This document shows positions 50,091-62,006 of a stretch of DNA of 64,000 bases, in pieces (the stretch's first letter is position 1; every line of letters starts with the position of its first letter). Position numbers and translations under genes: made by a program. Source of the DNA: Octopus sinensis (lineage: Eukaryota); the NCBI RefSeq assembly GCF_006345805.1, contig NC_043020.1:20584001-20648000 (forward strand), written 5' to 3'. Under the pieces are notes generated by a model. That model searched no databases and was not told the DNA's origin. It worked only from the letters and a program-made list of their open reading frames with translations.

Positions 50091-50925
50091 TTACTTAGAA
50101 ATGGATGCGTGCGTTCCGTTATTTAATAACAAATTAATAAATAAAACATATGCATATATACATACATATATGTACGTACCTACATCTACATGTATATATA
50201 CATGCATATATGGGTACAGGACACAAAAAAAAGACATCGAACACAATGAGAAACGAAAACATAAAAACAAAACCAAGGAAATGGACATTTTTCTTTAACA
50301 ACGAAAAAATAGAGTACAACACATACAACACAAGGAAAATTCCCCTTCTTCAGCCGCCTCTGTTTCATGTACTCTGTGTTTCGAAGGTAAAAGCGAGACA
50401 CGACTTCATTGAAACAATCCTTCCCGCAAAAGCAAATTAAATAAAATTTGAGATTTTTTGCGGAGGGGTAAAAATGGTAACAAAAACAGGACAGTAAAGA
50501 TAGTACAAAATATAAACTGTAAAAGACAGGACAAGGACAATAACAGTAGCACGAACATTGAGGACTGTTAAGCCAGAACGAAAGAAAAAATATTTTGAAT
50601 GCTTTGAAGACGGCATGAGAGACAGGGAAAGCCGTCCACACTTGAAGGAAGCCAGGTCAGAAAGACAGTAGTAGTCTTCTCGTCGTGGGTCAGCGACGGG
50701 AGGGAGGAGGAGGAGTAAGAGAAAGGGAGAGAAAAAGGGAAGGGTTGTAGAGAAAACCAGAAAGAATGAAGAATGAGAGAGAGAGAGAGAGGGGGGGTGT
50801 AAGGTAGAAGAAAAGGAAACCAGAAAGAATGAAGGATGAGAGAGGGAGGTGGACAGAAAGGTTAAGAATGCGCATCATTATTAATATTAAGATAAAACTT
50901 ACTTAGAAATGGATGCGTGCGTTCT
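50086..50925 (-). mobile_element. PLE pseudo-LTR-like unit bounded by a 32-bp direct repeat
   Basis: TAAAACTTACTTAGAAATGGATGCGTGCGTTC occurs at about 50085-50116 and 50893-50924. CpG-rich non-coding interior, abutting a GIY-YIG fragment. Confidence 0.6.
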
Positions 50926-50960
50926 GTCAGCCCTCAATGTTCATGCTACTGTTATTCTCA

Positions 50961-51385
50961 TGACGGTATTCTGGGAGATTTATTTGTTCTTTATGGACCG
51001 CTACTCTTTTACGTAAATGGAGGCTCGTTTGTCCAACATAATTATGTTGGCAACCGGCGCATGTGAGAATGTAGATAAGGTTCTCGGAGGAACAGGTGAA
51101 GTTGGTCTTGATTTTAAACTTTGTTCCTTGTTTAAAAATAAATTCAGAGCCTTCAAGTAGGAAGGAGGAGGTGCCACAGTTTGGGCATGCACATTTTTTA
51201 ACTGATACCATCAAATTCCACTAAGTAGTCACATAAACTCGTGCGCTAAAGACAAAAATCCCAAATTTTACATATTTCCCTTCTACCAATGTAAAGACAG
51301 AATCACTACACAAGAAAGAATTAACAAGGAGAATCTTTTTATTGAAAAATTCAAAACGCATCTTAATATGCAAACTCCACGTTGA
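50961..51385. mobile_element. Penelope GIY-YIG endonuclease, split by an inversion
   Basis: Minus 51205-50961: CACPNC...FTCSSENLIYILTCAGCQHNYVGQTSLHLRKRVAVHKEQINLPEYR. Plus 51206-51385: YHQIPLSSHINSCAKDKNPKFYIFPFYQC...RINKENLFIEKFKTHLN*. Confidence 0.85.
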
Positions 51386-52199
51386 TCATACTTCTATTTT
51401 CTACCTCATTCTTCAAGGATGGACTAATACAAATATATAAGGATATCATGCAGTTATCACTTCAAGCTAAAAATTATATCCTTTATTTATTATTATTATT
51501 ATTAATATTATATATGACATAACAATCTGAAACAAAATTATAAATTGGTTTATGTAAATTTATATAATTAGAAAACAATATAAATAAAGTGTTAAAATCT
51601 GAATGTTAAGTTAGCAAACAATTATATAAAAAAAGATAATGCAAATGAAGCTAAAATGATAATTTTATACTTTAAGGTTTATTAACATCCTATCTTACAA
51701 AAAATTGATAATCCCAATTGAAGAGCACAAAATCCACAGAGTTGTCTCCCCTTACTCACAGGAACTGGATAACTCCTTCCCCATTTCCTGTTTTGACATT
51801 CATTTAACAAACATCTTAAATTAAACACCACAAAGGAATTAATCACATGGATCTTAATCCTCCAAGGTAATTTTTCCAAGAACTATCTTTGAACTCAAGA
51901 TACACAAAGACTTTACAATGTATCGGTGTACCTATTTTTTAATTTTTGTATATGTTTATTATTTTTTTGCAAAATTTTTCAAATTTTCCATACACCCATT
52001 TTCATTAAAATTTACCTTCAATTTAGCATTCTGCCTTTTTATAATTTTTCCTTGCCTCCATGTGCGGTCAACACAACCCCACTATTTATTGACTTATATC
52101 ATCATCATCATCGTTTGGCGTCCTTTTTCCATGCTAGCATGGGTTGGACTATATATATATATATATACATAAATATACATATATAAATATATATATATA

Positions 52200-52571
52200 C
52201 GAGCAGTATCGCCCGGCACTGCTCTGATTGTTTCGACCCTTTAGAATTGGAATTTTTGAAAAGTAAAAATTTTGCATCATGTAGCTTTAAGTGAACATTT
52301 TTCTGATTGAAATACACTGAAAAATGGCAACACAGCATTAAAAAAAAATAGGGATTTTCATAGAAAAAAAGCATCTTTTTGATGTAAATAATTTTTGGTG
52401 TTAACATGGTCCGATTTGAATTTTTTCTTCTACGAAAGGAAGACAAAGCCTTCTTCTATCATACTCTCAATTTTGGTCAACTTGCGCCGCAGGGTCTCAG
52501 AGGAGATAGTGTCAGTTGAAGGCTACCAAATCTGCCATACACAGACAACTTCAGCTTTATATATAGAGAGA
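52200..52571 (-). mobile_element. Short non-autonomous Helitron-like element
   Basis: Minus strand starts A|TCTCTCTATATATAAAGCTGAAGTTGTCTGTG. It ends with the GC-rich imperfect hairpin GCAGTGCCGGGCGATACTGC and CTCG|T, one mismatch from CTAG. Confidence 0.65.
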
Positions 52572-52835
52572 TATATAATTCCAAGAGAGTTAGAATCCAA
52601 CCAATTAAGGGATAATATCTATCCAATATACCGCTGGTAGAATACCCAATTATTAATACACAAGTGTTTTTTCATTGCATGGTAATTACACTACTGAAAG
52701 TAATAAATGGGTGAGGGTAAAAAGTTGTTTTACCCTTAATTTATACAGCAATAAGAAAATGGAGGGGATCAAGAAGTGGTATTCATCAACTTTTAGACAT
52801 TATATTATGTCTATTTATAAATAGACATAATATAA

Positions 52836-54600
52836 TAAAAATAATGAGAGATCTTTCAGCCACAGATAGCTTGCATTGCTTTAATCCATTTCCATATGGC
52901 ATGGATTTCGCCATGATGTTCCACTTGATTGTATGTGGTGTGTAGTTGGTCTTCAAGTCTCATACATGACTAGCCAACTTGGTAGCTTTATTTCTTGTCC
53001 ATGTATCGGAAAGAAGTCTGGTGGTTTGCATATCTTCTTTTAAATTGTGTTCACATAAACTTAATTTTTATTTTGTATTTCATTATTTTGGAGCATTGCT
53101 TTGACCTGTTTCATAAATGACTGAATTTATGAAGCATGCCTGATTAAGTGGGCAAACTTCAGGGCTTTGACACTTACAACAAAGGTGTAGGCTCTTGGTG
53201 TGGCTTGCAAGTGATAATGTCCTTCATATTGGGGCAGCAGCTGTATGATATGCCTACCGAACATCTATTCAAAATTTTTATGTATTTATGGTCAACTGGA
53301 AAACACTTATCTAAGAATCTTTTGCCTATGTTAGTCTTAGCATTCAAAGAGAAAGTAGGAAGAATAAACCATATTTACCTGGGTCTATTTTTAGGTTTCA
53401 TATTTTTAATTGAAGGGTTGTAAGATATCTTATCTTTGAAGCCACAGTTTGCTAGGGCATTGTTATAGTAGGGGTCTACTTTATCAAATATTTCCTTAGA
53501 AAACAAGAGATTAGATAGCCTATTACTGATGTTGGTTATCAAGTTTTTAAACACTGTGGTGGTGGTAGTGGGGTGACAGAACTGTTTATATATATACATG
53601 AGTTTCTCATTTGATTTATGCTTATAAGAGCCTAGGGAAACATGTAAGAAATCAGCTTTAGACAGATTAGTGGTTACAATAATTTTGAGGCCTAAGTGAC
53701 TAAAGATATTAGATTTTTCCTAATTTTATCAAGTGTAAGCCCATCACAGTTGTGACATATGCCCAAACAATCATCATGATATAGACCAATATCATGGGAT
53801 GGGAATTTGAATCTCAATGTATCACAATGTCAGCACTATCATATGAGTCCATCTACACATCAGACAATTCATCTGTTCAGATTTTTAACCCATGCAAAAT
53901 ACAGGGATTCCCCGACTTGCGCGAAATTCGACTTACGCGAGCCAACTTTTGATACCGAGTGTTCAGGTTGCGCGAGTTGTATTCTCGACTTGCGCTTGTT
54001 GTAAAAATATTTATTATCCATGGTTGCATTGCCTTGTCTGTTATCTTGTTACCTATCCATCATTTCAAATATACATAAAGTAAAAATAATTGTGTTTGAG
54101 TAATTGATAACATGTTAGTTAAAGTTAATTTTCATTGTTTTATTTATTATCTAGCTTTACATTAAACTCTTCTTTTATTTATTTTCTGTTTATAATCATT
54201 AAACAATTTGTATTATTTTTTGTAATTTGTATTTGTACAAAGCAGTCACCAATAACAGTTTTTTGGTTTCAAATAGAAAGAAAGTTCATTCAATACTTTC
54301 TCCAAGTGTTTCTTTAATATAACAATATTTAGCAGTTATCCCGGAAAATATTTATAGAAAACAATATCTGGTACTCAACTTGCGCAAATTTCGAATTGTG
54401 CGTCCCCCAATTACTCGCGCAAGTCGAGGAATCCCTGTACTTACTGAATAGAAGGATTTTTCACACGTGCATAATAAAGTCCAGGTCTATATGGGTAATA
54501 TTGACAAATCTTTTGTGAACTCAATTGCCTTATCCAGCAATGATCTTGATATCAAGGGACAAAAATTCCTGCAGTACTCTTTGTAAATTAGTGTGTGTTA
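52836..54600 (-). mobile_element. Penelope-like element (same type as 20660-23045), degenerate, interrupted by a MITE
   Basis: Minus strand LLDKAIEFTK, FAWVK, YYNNALANCGFKDKISY, TFSLNAKTNIG, ISYSCCPNMKDII, RYANHQTSFR and HTIKWNIMAKSMPYGNGLKQCKLSVAERSLII. Confidence 0.88.
53902..54437. mobile_element. Tigger/pogo-like MITE (536 bp)
   Basis: TA TSDs at 53900-01 and 54438-39. TIRs CAGGGATTCCCCGACTTGCGCGA / TCGCGCAAGTCGAGGAATCCCTG (22/23). Subterminal CGACTT-CGCGA repeats; no ORF. Confidence 0.9.
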
Positions 54601-54829
54601 GAAACTGTGCCAAAGCAGACAGCAGAGCTTGGTGTGGTCTTCTGACTTGCCAGTTCCTGACAAACCATCCAACCCACGCTAGCATGGAAAATGAATGTAA
54701 TATGATGATGAAGTGTTTAATAATTTATCAATACTGGAGCTCTGGCAAGGGGAAGCGAGTTCACATAGTAGACTCATAAACATGTTGAATTTACCCATTT
54801 CTCTGTAGATTGAACCCCATATATATACA

Positions 54830-55012
54830 CACACACCACTTGACAACTGGTGTTGGTTTGTTTACATCACTATAAGTTAATGATTTGACAAGAGATCGAA
54901 AGTACCAGATTGAAAAAAATAAGTACTGGGGTCAATTTGTTTGACTAAACCCTTCAACATAGTGCTCCAGCATGGCTGCAATCCAATGACTGGAACAAGT
55001 AAAAGAGAAAAG
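54830..55012 (+). mobile_element. SINE family A 3' half
   Basis: CCACTTGACAACTGGTGTTGG...AAAAAAATAAGTACTGGGGTC...TGACTGGAACAAGTAAAAG. Confidence 0.8.
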
Positions 55013-55270
55013 CTACAAGCAGATATGTGTCTATCCTCATTTCTGGTTTGAGGATAACTACATTCTTCTCTCCCCAGTTCTAGAAGCCTTGTGAAGTGTT
55101 CTAAGCACTGCCAATCCTCCTGACAAAAGTGATACGATAAAAAAAAAAAGAACATAACTAAGTATCTCAAGGTATTCTATCTTGCACTCTACTTATTCTA
55201 TCAATCTACATCTTTCTCTTAAACAGAACACTAGCTATACCAATAATAATAGCAATATTATCATTACTGT

Positions 55271-55480
55271 GAAGGCGGGTGCTGGCAGAATCAGTAACAT
55301 GCTGGGCAAAATGCTTAGCTACATTTCATTCATCTTTACATTCTGAGTCCAAATTCCGCCCAGGTCAAATTTGCCTTTCATGGTCAATGAAATAAGTACC
55401 AGTTGAGCACTGGGGTCAATGTAGTCAACTTACCCCCTCACCCAAACTTGCTGGCCTTATGCCAAAATTTGAAGCCAATA
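55271..55480 (+). mobile_element. SINE family B, near full-length
   Basis: GAAGGCGGGTGCTGGCAGAATC...CTGAGTCCAAATTCCGCC...AATAAGTACCAGTTGAGCACTGGGG. Confidence 0.85.
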
Positions 55481-55484
55481 TTAT

Positions 55485-56480
55485 TATTATTATTGTTGTT
55501 GTTATTTTTCTATTTATCTCTGGTTTTGTTGTAACTCCTGGAATCTTGTATGAGTAGCATGCCTGCTGCCTGGAACCCACGGTACCATGTTATCCGTTCT
55601 TTTCAACAATCTAATACTTTCCTGATTATTCTGGCCTTACCAAGGAGGCAAACCTTTTGTGACAGTTCTACTGGACACACTATTCCAATTTCCCTTATAT
55701 TCCTCTTAATGCTTTCTGACACTGTCTCCAAGGACCCAACAATAACTGGCACTAGCTTCACCTTCCTCATTTTCCACAGCTGGGTTATTTCATACTTAAG
55801 GGGGTCATATTTATCTATTTTTTTTGCCGTCCTTCTTGACTACTTGTGGATCAAAGGGGCATGCAACATTAACTATATAGCACATGTGGTATATCTTGTC
55901 AACCACCACTAGGTCCAGTCTGTTATGCTCTAGAATCCGATCTCTTTGGATTGGGGAGTCCCAGAGGATTTTGAAAGTCTCTGATCCCATCACTCTCTGC
56001 AGTTTGTATTCATACCACATCTTGCCTCTCTCTAGCCCCCACTTTTCACATAGTTTCCAATGTAGCACATTCACTATCTCACCATCTCACCACAACTTGC
56101 AGTGGTTTTGGGCAAGTTTGGGGCATTCATTCGTGATATGGGCAATGATTCTGTCTACTCTGTTACAGATGCAGCACAGCAGAGACACTTGCTCATTCCT
56201 AACGTTGACCCTCCAATTTGTGATCAAAGCTTGGTCTTGCAATACCAGTATAGTGCTCTCAGTCTCTTTCTTCAGCCAATCCCACCTATGTTTTCCAGCA
56301 ACTTCTGTTATGGCTACATTGCATTGATTGTATAGTCCCTTGTTGTATAATGCTTCTCCATGTCCTTTTTGTACTTCTTCCTTTGTTTTATCTTTCTTTT
56401 CTCTGCTTTCAATACTCCCTCATTCCTAACTGACAGTAGCAAGGTTTCTTTACTTTATTATTATTATCATTACTAACAAC
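55485..56480 (-). mobile_element. R4/Dong-like non-LTR element 3' portion (zinc knuckle and RLE)
   Basis: CCICNRVDRIIAHITNECPKLAQ (CCHC knuckle), LHWKLC, KILWDSPIQRDRILEHNRLDLVVVDK...VACPFD and LVPVIVGSLETV. (TTA)n tracts at both ends. Confidence 0.88.
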
Positions 56481-56499
56481 AACAACAACAACAAAAGCA

Positions 56500-56900
56500 A
56501 GAATAATAATTTCAAATTTTGGCACAAGGCAAGCAATTTTATGAGTTGGCAATAGTCATTTACATTGATCGCAATGTTCAATTAGTATTTATTTTAATGA
56601 CCCCTAAAGGATGAAAGGCAAAGTATACCTCAATGGCATTTGAACTCAGAACATAAACACGGACAAATTGCTAAGCAGCATTTCATCTGGTGTGCCAATC
56701 ATTCTGCCTGCTTGCCACCCTAACAATACTACTAAGAATAAAAATTCATTCTAATTTTCACACAAGGCCTGAAATTTTGCGAGTGATAGGGCTAGTCTAT
56801 TGACCCCAGTGCTCAAATGGTACTTATTTTATCGACCCCAATAGGATAAAAGACCAAGTCAATCTCAGCAGAATTTGAACTTAGTATGCAAAGAGCCAAT
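56500..56900 (-). mobile_element. Two SINE-B copies in tandem
   Basis: TATTTATTTTAATGACCCTAAAGGATGAAAGGCAAAG and GGTACTTATTTTATCGACCCCAATAGGATAAAAGACC cores. Confidence 0.8.
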
Positions 56901-57046
56901 TCAGTGTGGGAAAGCAAAATGTTACTGAGAAGGGTAGTACCCCTTCTCAGTAACATGTAGTTGAAGAACGTGAACTTTCATGCCATAAATGACCAAGTTT
57001 TTGGACTCAAAGCTTCTCCAACTGCACTACTCCTACAAATAATAAT

Positions 57047-57201
57047 GGAGTGGCAGTGTGGTAGCTTGCTTACCAACCACATGGTTCTGGATTCAGTCCC
57101 ACTGTGTGGAACCTTGGGCAAGTGTCTTCTACTATAGCCTCGGGCCGACCAAAGCCTTGTGAGTGGATTTGGTAGACGGAAACTGAAAGAAGCCAGTTGT
57201 G

Positions 57202-57279
<78 letters not shown>

Positions 57280-57490
57280 TGTGTGTATGTTTGTGTGTCT
57301 GTGTTTGTGTCCCAACATCGCTTGACAACCGATGCTGGTGTGTTTACGTCCCCGTAACTTAGCGGTTCAGCAAAAGAGACCGATAGAATAAGTACTAGGC
57401 TTACAAAGAATAAGTCCTGGGGTCGATTTCTTTAACTAAAAGGCGGTGCTCCAGCATGGTTACAGTTAAATGACTGAAACAAGTAAAAGT
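57047..57490 (+). mobile_element. SINE family A, full-length, young copy
   Basis: Retains CpGs (CTCGGGCCGACC, GACGGAAAC, ATCGCTTG); long internal (TA)(TG) tract. Confidence 0.93.
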
Positions 57491-58020
57491 ACAACAAAAC
57501 GACAAAGTGAACCCATAGGTAACACTAATAGAAGTATTTTCCCAGAATAGCTTTACTATTTCTGGGGATCCACACATTTCATTAAAACAAAAGAAATAAA
57601 ATAAAGTAAAACACAAAGGACTTAGACATTCATGAATTTTTTCGTGTGGGAAATTTTCACAAGCCTATGATTACTTTTTGGATAACCAACAGCCAGTACT
57701 GTAAGAGCTGGCCTTCCCATGTACCCATGAGTCTTGTGTATACTAGACAGGCAAGTACACAGGATTAGTTCTGCATGTCTTTACTGAGAAGTTGCAGAGA
57801 AAGTATAACAATTTGCTCTAGGCTCTCTTAACCTAGCAAATGTTGCTATTCTTTAAAGTGTGTTAACATTTCTCTCTTCTTCATTTATATAGGTGAGCAT
57901 ACAGTCACTCATTCACACACACGTATACATACATATATGTGTATATATAAAAATACATACATATACACAATTAAACACACACGTACACATACATACATAC
58001 ACAAATACACACACACAAAC

Positions 58021-58915
58021 ACAAGGGTTGGCTGAAAAGTTCATATACTGACAAAGATACGCTCATGGAATGTGATCAAAAGAAGTTTATTTTCCAGCAT
58101 AATGCCCCTTGTGGTCCACACTCTTCTTCTATCGGTATTGCAGCACTTGGATCCCATTGGTGAAGAAGTGTTCATCCCGTTGGTCAAAACAGTCATCAAC
58201 AGCAAATATGACATCATCAACACTGCAGCACTGGTTCCCACCCAAGTGTTTTTTCATGTTGGGGAACAAATCAGGAGAAAAGGGAGGCTAATCAACCAGT
58301 TCGTAGCCACAGTCACACACAGTAACCATTGAAACCAAAGACTTGAGTGCTGGAGCATTGTCCTGATGAAACAAGACCCCTTTCATCAGTTTTCCAAGGC
58401 ATTTGGTTTTGACAGTCTTTTTTAACTGCCTCAGCAAGTTGGCATAGTACTCTCCATTGATGGCATGGTGCTACTGATGATAGTCAATAAACACAATGCC
58501 TCTTGCTACTAAGGCTATCATCTCTGCAGATAAAACAATATTGAACTTCTTTGGAACATGTGAGGAAGTGTGTTTTCACAGCATGGATTGTCTCTTTGTC
58601 CTTGGCTCAAAGTGATGAAGCCAACACTCATCCTGGCTTAGGAAATGTTCAAGGAAACCAGCTGGACCTGCCTCAAACAATGTCTGATTTTGCGGTGGTG
58701 TGATCAACCTGGTGCACATTTGATCAGGTGTCAGAAGACGTGGCACCCACTAAGCCAAAACCTTTATCATGCCAAGTTCATTAGGCAGAAAATTCTCAAG
58801 ATATACTAAAGCATTGGCTATTTGATTTATAGTCAATCACCTGTCATCCATGAACATGTGGTGAACAAGATCAATGTTTTCTTTGGTGATGGCAGTTGCA
58901 GAAACTCTTGTTTCT
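58021..58915 (-). mobile_element. Mariner transposon 3' half (Hsmar2/irritans-like)
   Basis: Terminal ACAAGGGTTGGCTGAAAAGTTC. Minus strand RWVPRLLTPDQMCTR, WLHHFEPRTK, ASRGIVFIDY, LFHQDNAPA and DDVIFAVDDCFDQRDEHFFTNGIQ. Confidence 0.85.
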
Positions 58916-58982
58916 ATAATTTATTAAAGAATTAAGTCTTCTTTGACCAGTTAAACGTCAGTTTACCTGGAAAGAAGCAATG

Positions 58983-58984
<2 letters not shown>

Positions 58985-59067
<83 letters not shown>
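58985..59067. repeat. Pure (TA)n microsatellite (about 40 units)
   Basis: Directly visible. Confidence 0.98.
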
Positions 59068-59069
<2 letters not shown>

Positions 59070-59769
59070 GTATTATATTGCATTATATGCAAACTTTGCA
59101 GTACACTTTACATAAGGGAAACAGGCTAATGCCTTGCTGCTGATTGCTTTTGAGAGCATATTCCAAGCATACTACAACAAATGCCAAGCAAACCTGTTGC
59201 CATCCACTTCATTACAGGTCATTCTGCTTATTGTGTGGAAAGGGAACAATACATTATCTTGACCCAAATATTTGACTGGTACCATATTTTATCAACTTCA
59301 GAAAGATGAAAGGCAAATACCTTCACAGGATTTCAAATCAGAATGTAAAGTGCTGTAACTAAATACCACAAAATATTTTGCTCAATGCTCTAACAATTCT
59401 GCCAATCCACCACAAGTAGTAATGGTTAATGCAGAGAGAGAGACAGACAGACAGAGAGAGCTAATAAAGTGGCAAATATAATTGACAGTTTCTTAAGAGG
59501 CCTTAGAGTAATGAAGTTGTGGTGGAGTGGGGAAGGAATTAAGAGTGAGTGTTTATATTGACATTAATATTGTAACATTAATAAGAGTGAAACTAAAACA
59601 GCCATAGAAATAATAATTAGGAATGAATTATTGCACATCTAGTCTTACAGATGATGAGGTTATTTCATCATTGCTATGATTTAATCATCATTAGAGAAGA
59701 AAAAAAATGACTAAAGAGACATAAGATATTGCACTGTTTGGTTCACTGGTTTCATTTTAGGATGTTCAT

Positions 59770-60000
59770 TTGTTGTTTAGCCCCAGTTTGGCCTTGATTT
59801 AACAATCCTATGATCAAAGGCATTTCAGCTGTCAACATTGCATTTTTTATTCTCCAATCTAAAATCACATTATTCATAATGTCTTCTCCATTTTAAGATG
59901 GTAGTGGATTCTTTGAAGGAGACTGGTAGCTATTTCTAGAATGAATGAATGTGATTTGAGGTGATTTGGCTGTTATTTCAAGCAGAATGAACAACAAAGT
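59770..60000 (+). repeat. Unclassified interspersed repeat (family C)
   Basis: CCTATGATCAAAGGCATTTCAGC...GAGGTGATTTGGCTGTTATTTC recurs at 38720-39010, 18950-19120, 13520-13650 and 15120-15290. Confidence 0.6.
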
Positions 60001-60871
60001 AGAGATTCTTACACATGTGTTGTGTTTCTCTATATAACATTTAACTCTTCATATAACTCAGCTCACCAAGGATGATGATATAACTGAAGAGAGTTTGTTT
60101 GCACAAACCAAAACATTCAGAGTTCAAACCTTGTATGAGCATGAGTGAGAAACTAGCAATCTTGTGAGAAACTGATGATGGAACCAAAACAACGAAATTA
60201 AACAATATACATTTGAACTTCCATGCTGGTACTAATTATTTGATCAGCTGCCTCTGTGTCAGGTACAGCTGACCAAATAGAATTGAGCTGCAATAACTAC
60301 TACAACAAACTAATGAAGAAGTGGTTCAGTCTACTAGGGACCAAATATTTTTCAAATCACAACCAGATATATAAACACACATATTTAGTAAGTCTAGTAC
60401 TTATTCTATAAGTCTCCTTTGCTGAATTGCTAAGTTATGGGGACAAACACATGCATAAATATATACACACACACATATATATATGACGGGCTTCTGTCAG
60501 TTTCTGTCTACCAAATGCAATTCTGCCACCAACACTCATACAAATTGCATCTGGTACTTATTTAATATGGAGTCAGTAAAGTACTGAGATCCCCTCATGG
60601 TACATGTATAGCTTACATTTGCAATACTGTTCCTATGAATCTTTTATCTGTATTAGTTTGTGGCCATGTTGGAGCACTGCCTTGAAAAATTTTTATCGAA
60701 CAAATCAACCCCAGTAAAGATAGTTTGCCAACATAACATGGCAGTCCCGGTTTAGGACGAATGTTGCTGTAGCTTAGCCCCAGGAGACATCATCTCCAGC
60801 TGGTTATACGACACGATCTGTGTCTCATTGTGAGATTTAAAAATAGTAATTTTCTAAATCAGCCACAGTAT

Positions 60872-61403
60872 TTACCAGTTTTTTGTTAAGCTTGGTACTT
60901 TTTCTATCAATATTTCTTGCTGAACCACTAAATTACAGGGATGTAAACACACCAACACAGTGGTGGGGGAGAAACAAACACAAAACACACACACACACAC
61001 ACACAAATGTATACATATATAAGCATGGTTGTGTGGTAAGAAGCTTGCTTCCCAACCACATGGTTCCCATTTCAGTCCCACTGCGTGGCACCTTGGGCAA
61101 GTGTCTTCTATTACATACAGCCTTGGGCCAACCAAAGGGTCTTTGAGTGGATTTGGTAGACAGAAACTGAGAGAAGCCTGTCATATATATGTGTGTGTGT
61201 CTTCATGTTTGTGTTTGTCCCCCCGCATCATCACTTGACAACCAATGTTGGTGTGTTTACATCCCCATAACTTAGCATAAATTATAAGTACTAGATTTAC
61301 AAAGAATAAGTCCTGGGATTAATTTCTTCGACCCAAATATCCTTTAAGGTGGTGCACCAGCATGGCTGTAGTCAAATGACTGAATAAAGAATAAAGGAAA
61401 AGA

Positions 61404-61445
<42 letters not shown>

Positions 61446-61538
61446 GTGATGGGCTTCTTTCAGTTTCCATCTACCGAATCCACTCACAAGGCTTTGATTG
61501 GCCTGAGGCTATAGAAGACACTTGCCCAAGGTGTCACA
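60872..61538 (-). mobile_element. SINE family A (minus) interrupted by a second SINE A (plus, 61022-61403)
   Basis: Tail half at 60872-61020 and head half at 61445-61538 on the minus strand, flanking a complete plus-strand copy. Confidence 0.8.
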
Positions 61539-62006
61539 CCTGTACTCCAACAAATGCCACTGTTACTTACACAGATGTTGCCAGCTGTAAAACAACCTAT
61601 CAGGAAGCTAGATGTTCGTCAAATCTAGAACATTTTTTTTATGTAGATCTCAAGTAAAAGTTGCTTTGTTGCAGTCAATATTCTTTTTTCTTTTCTGAAA
61701 TGACCTAACAGCAGTGCTACAAGTCTAATAGTAATCCATCTCCATCAAAATCATCCAGAACAATTAGCTCTTTGGTTATTGGTACTGGAACACAGTCTGT
61801 GCAGTGCATTGAAGAAAACCTCCTCCATATTCTGCTTGTCTGTCATCATAGAAGTATAAACACTAACAACAGTTATACCTGTCATTCAAAGATAATTTTA
61901 CCTTAATTAGCCTATTAGATATAGCAACAGGAAGTAACACTAGTTTGCTGAGAAAGGTGTGTGTGTGTGTAACGACAGAAAAAAATGTATATATACGTAT
62001 AGGACA

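Noticed and set aside
50095-50400. CTGAAGA (50347-50353, minus) plus GGAACGCACGCATC as a possible split hammerhead in the pLTR-like unit
   Set aside because: I could not build a convincing stem I or stem II by eye; a covariance model would be needed.
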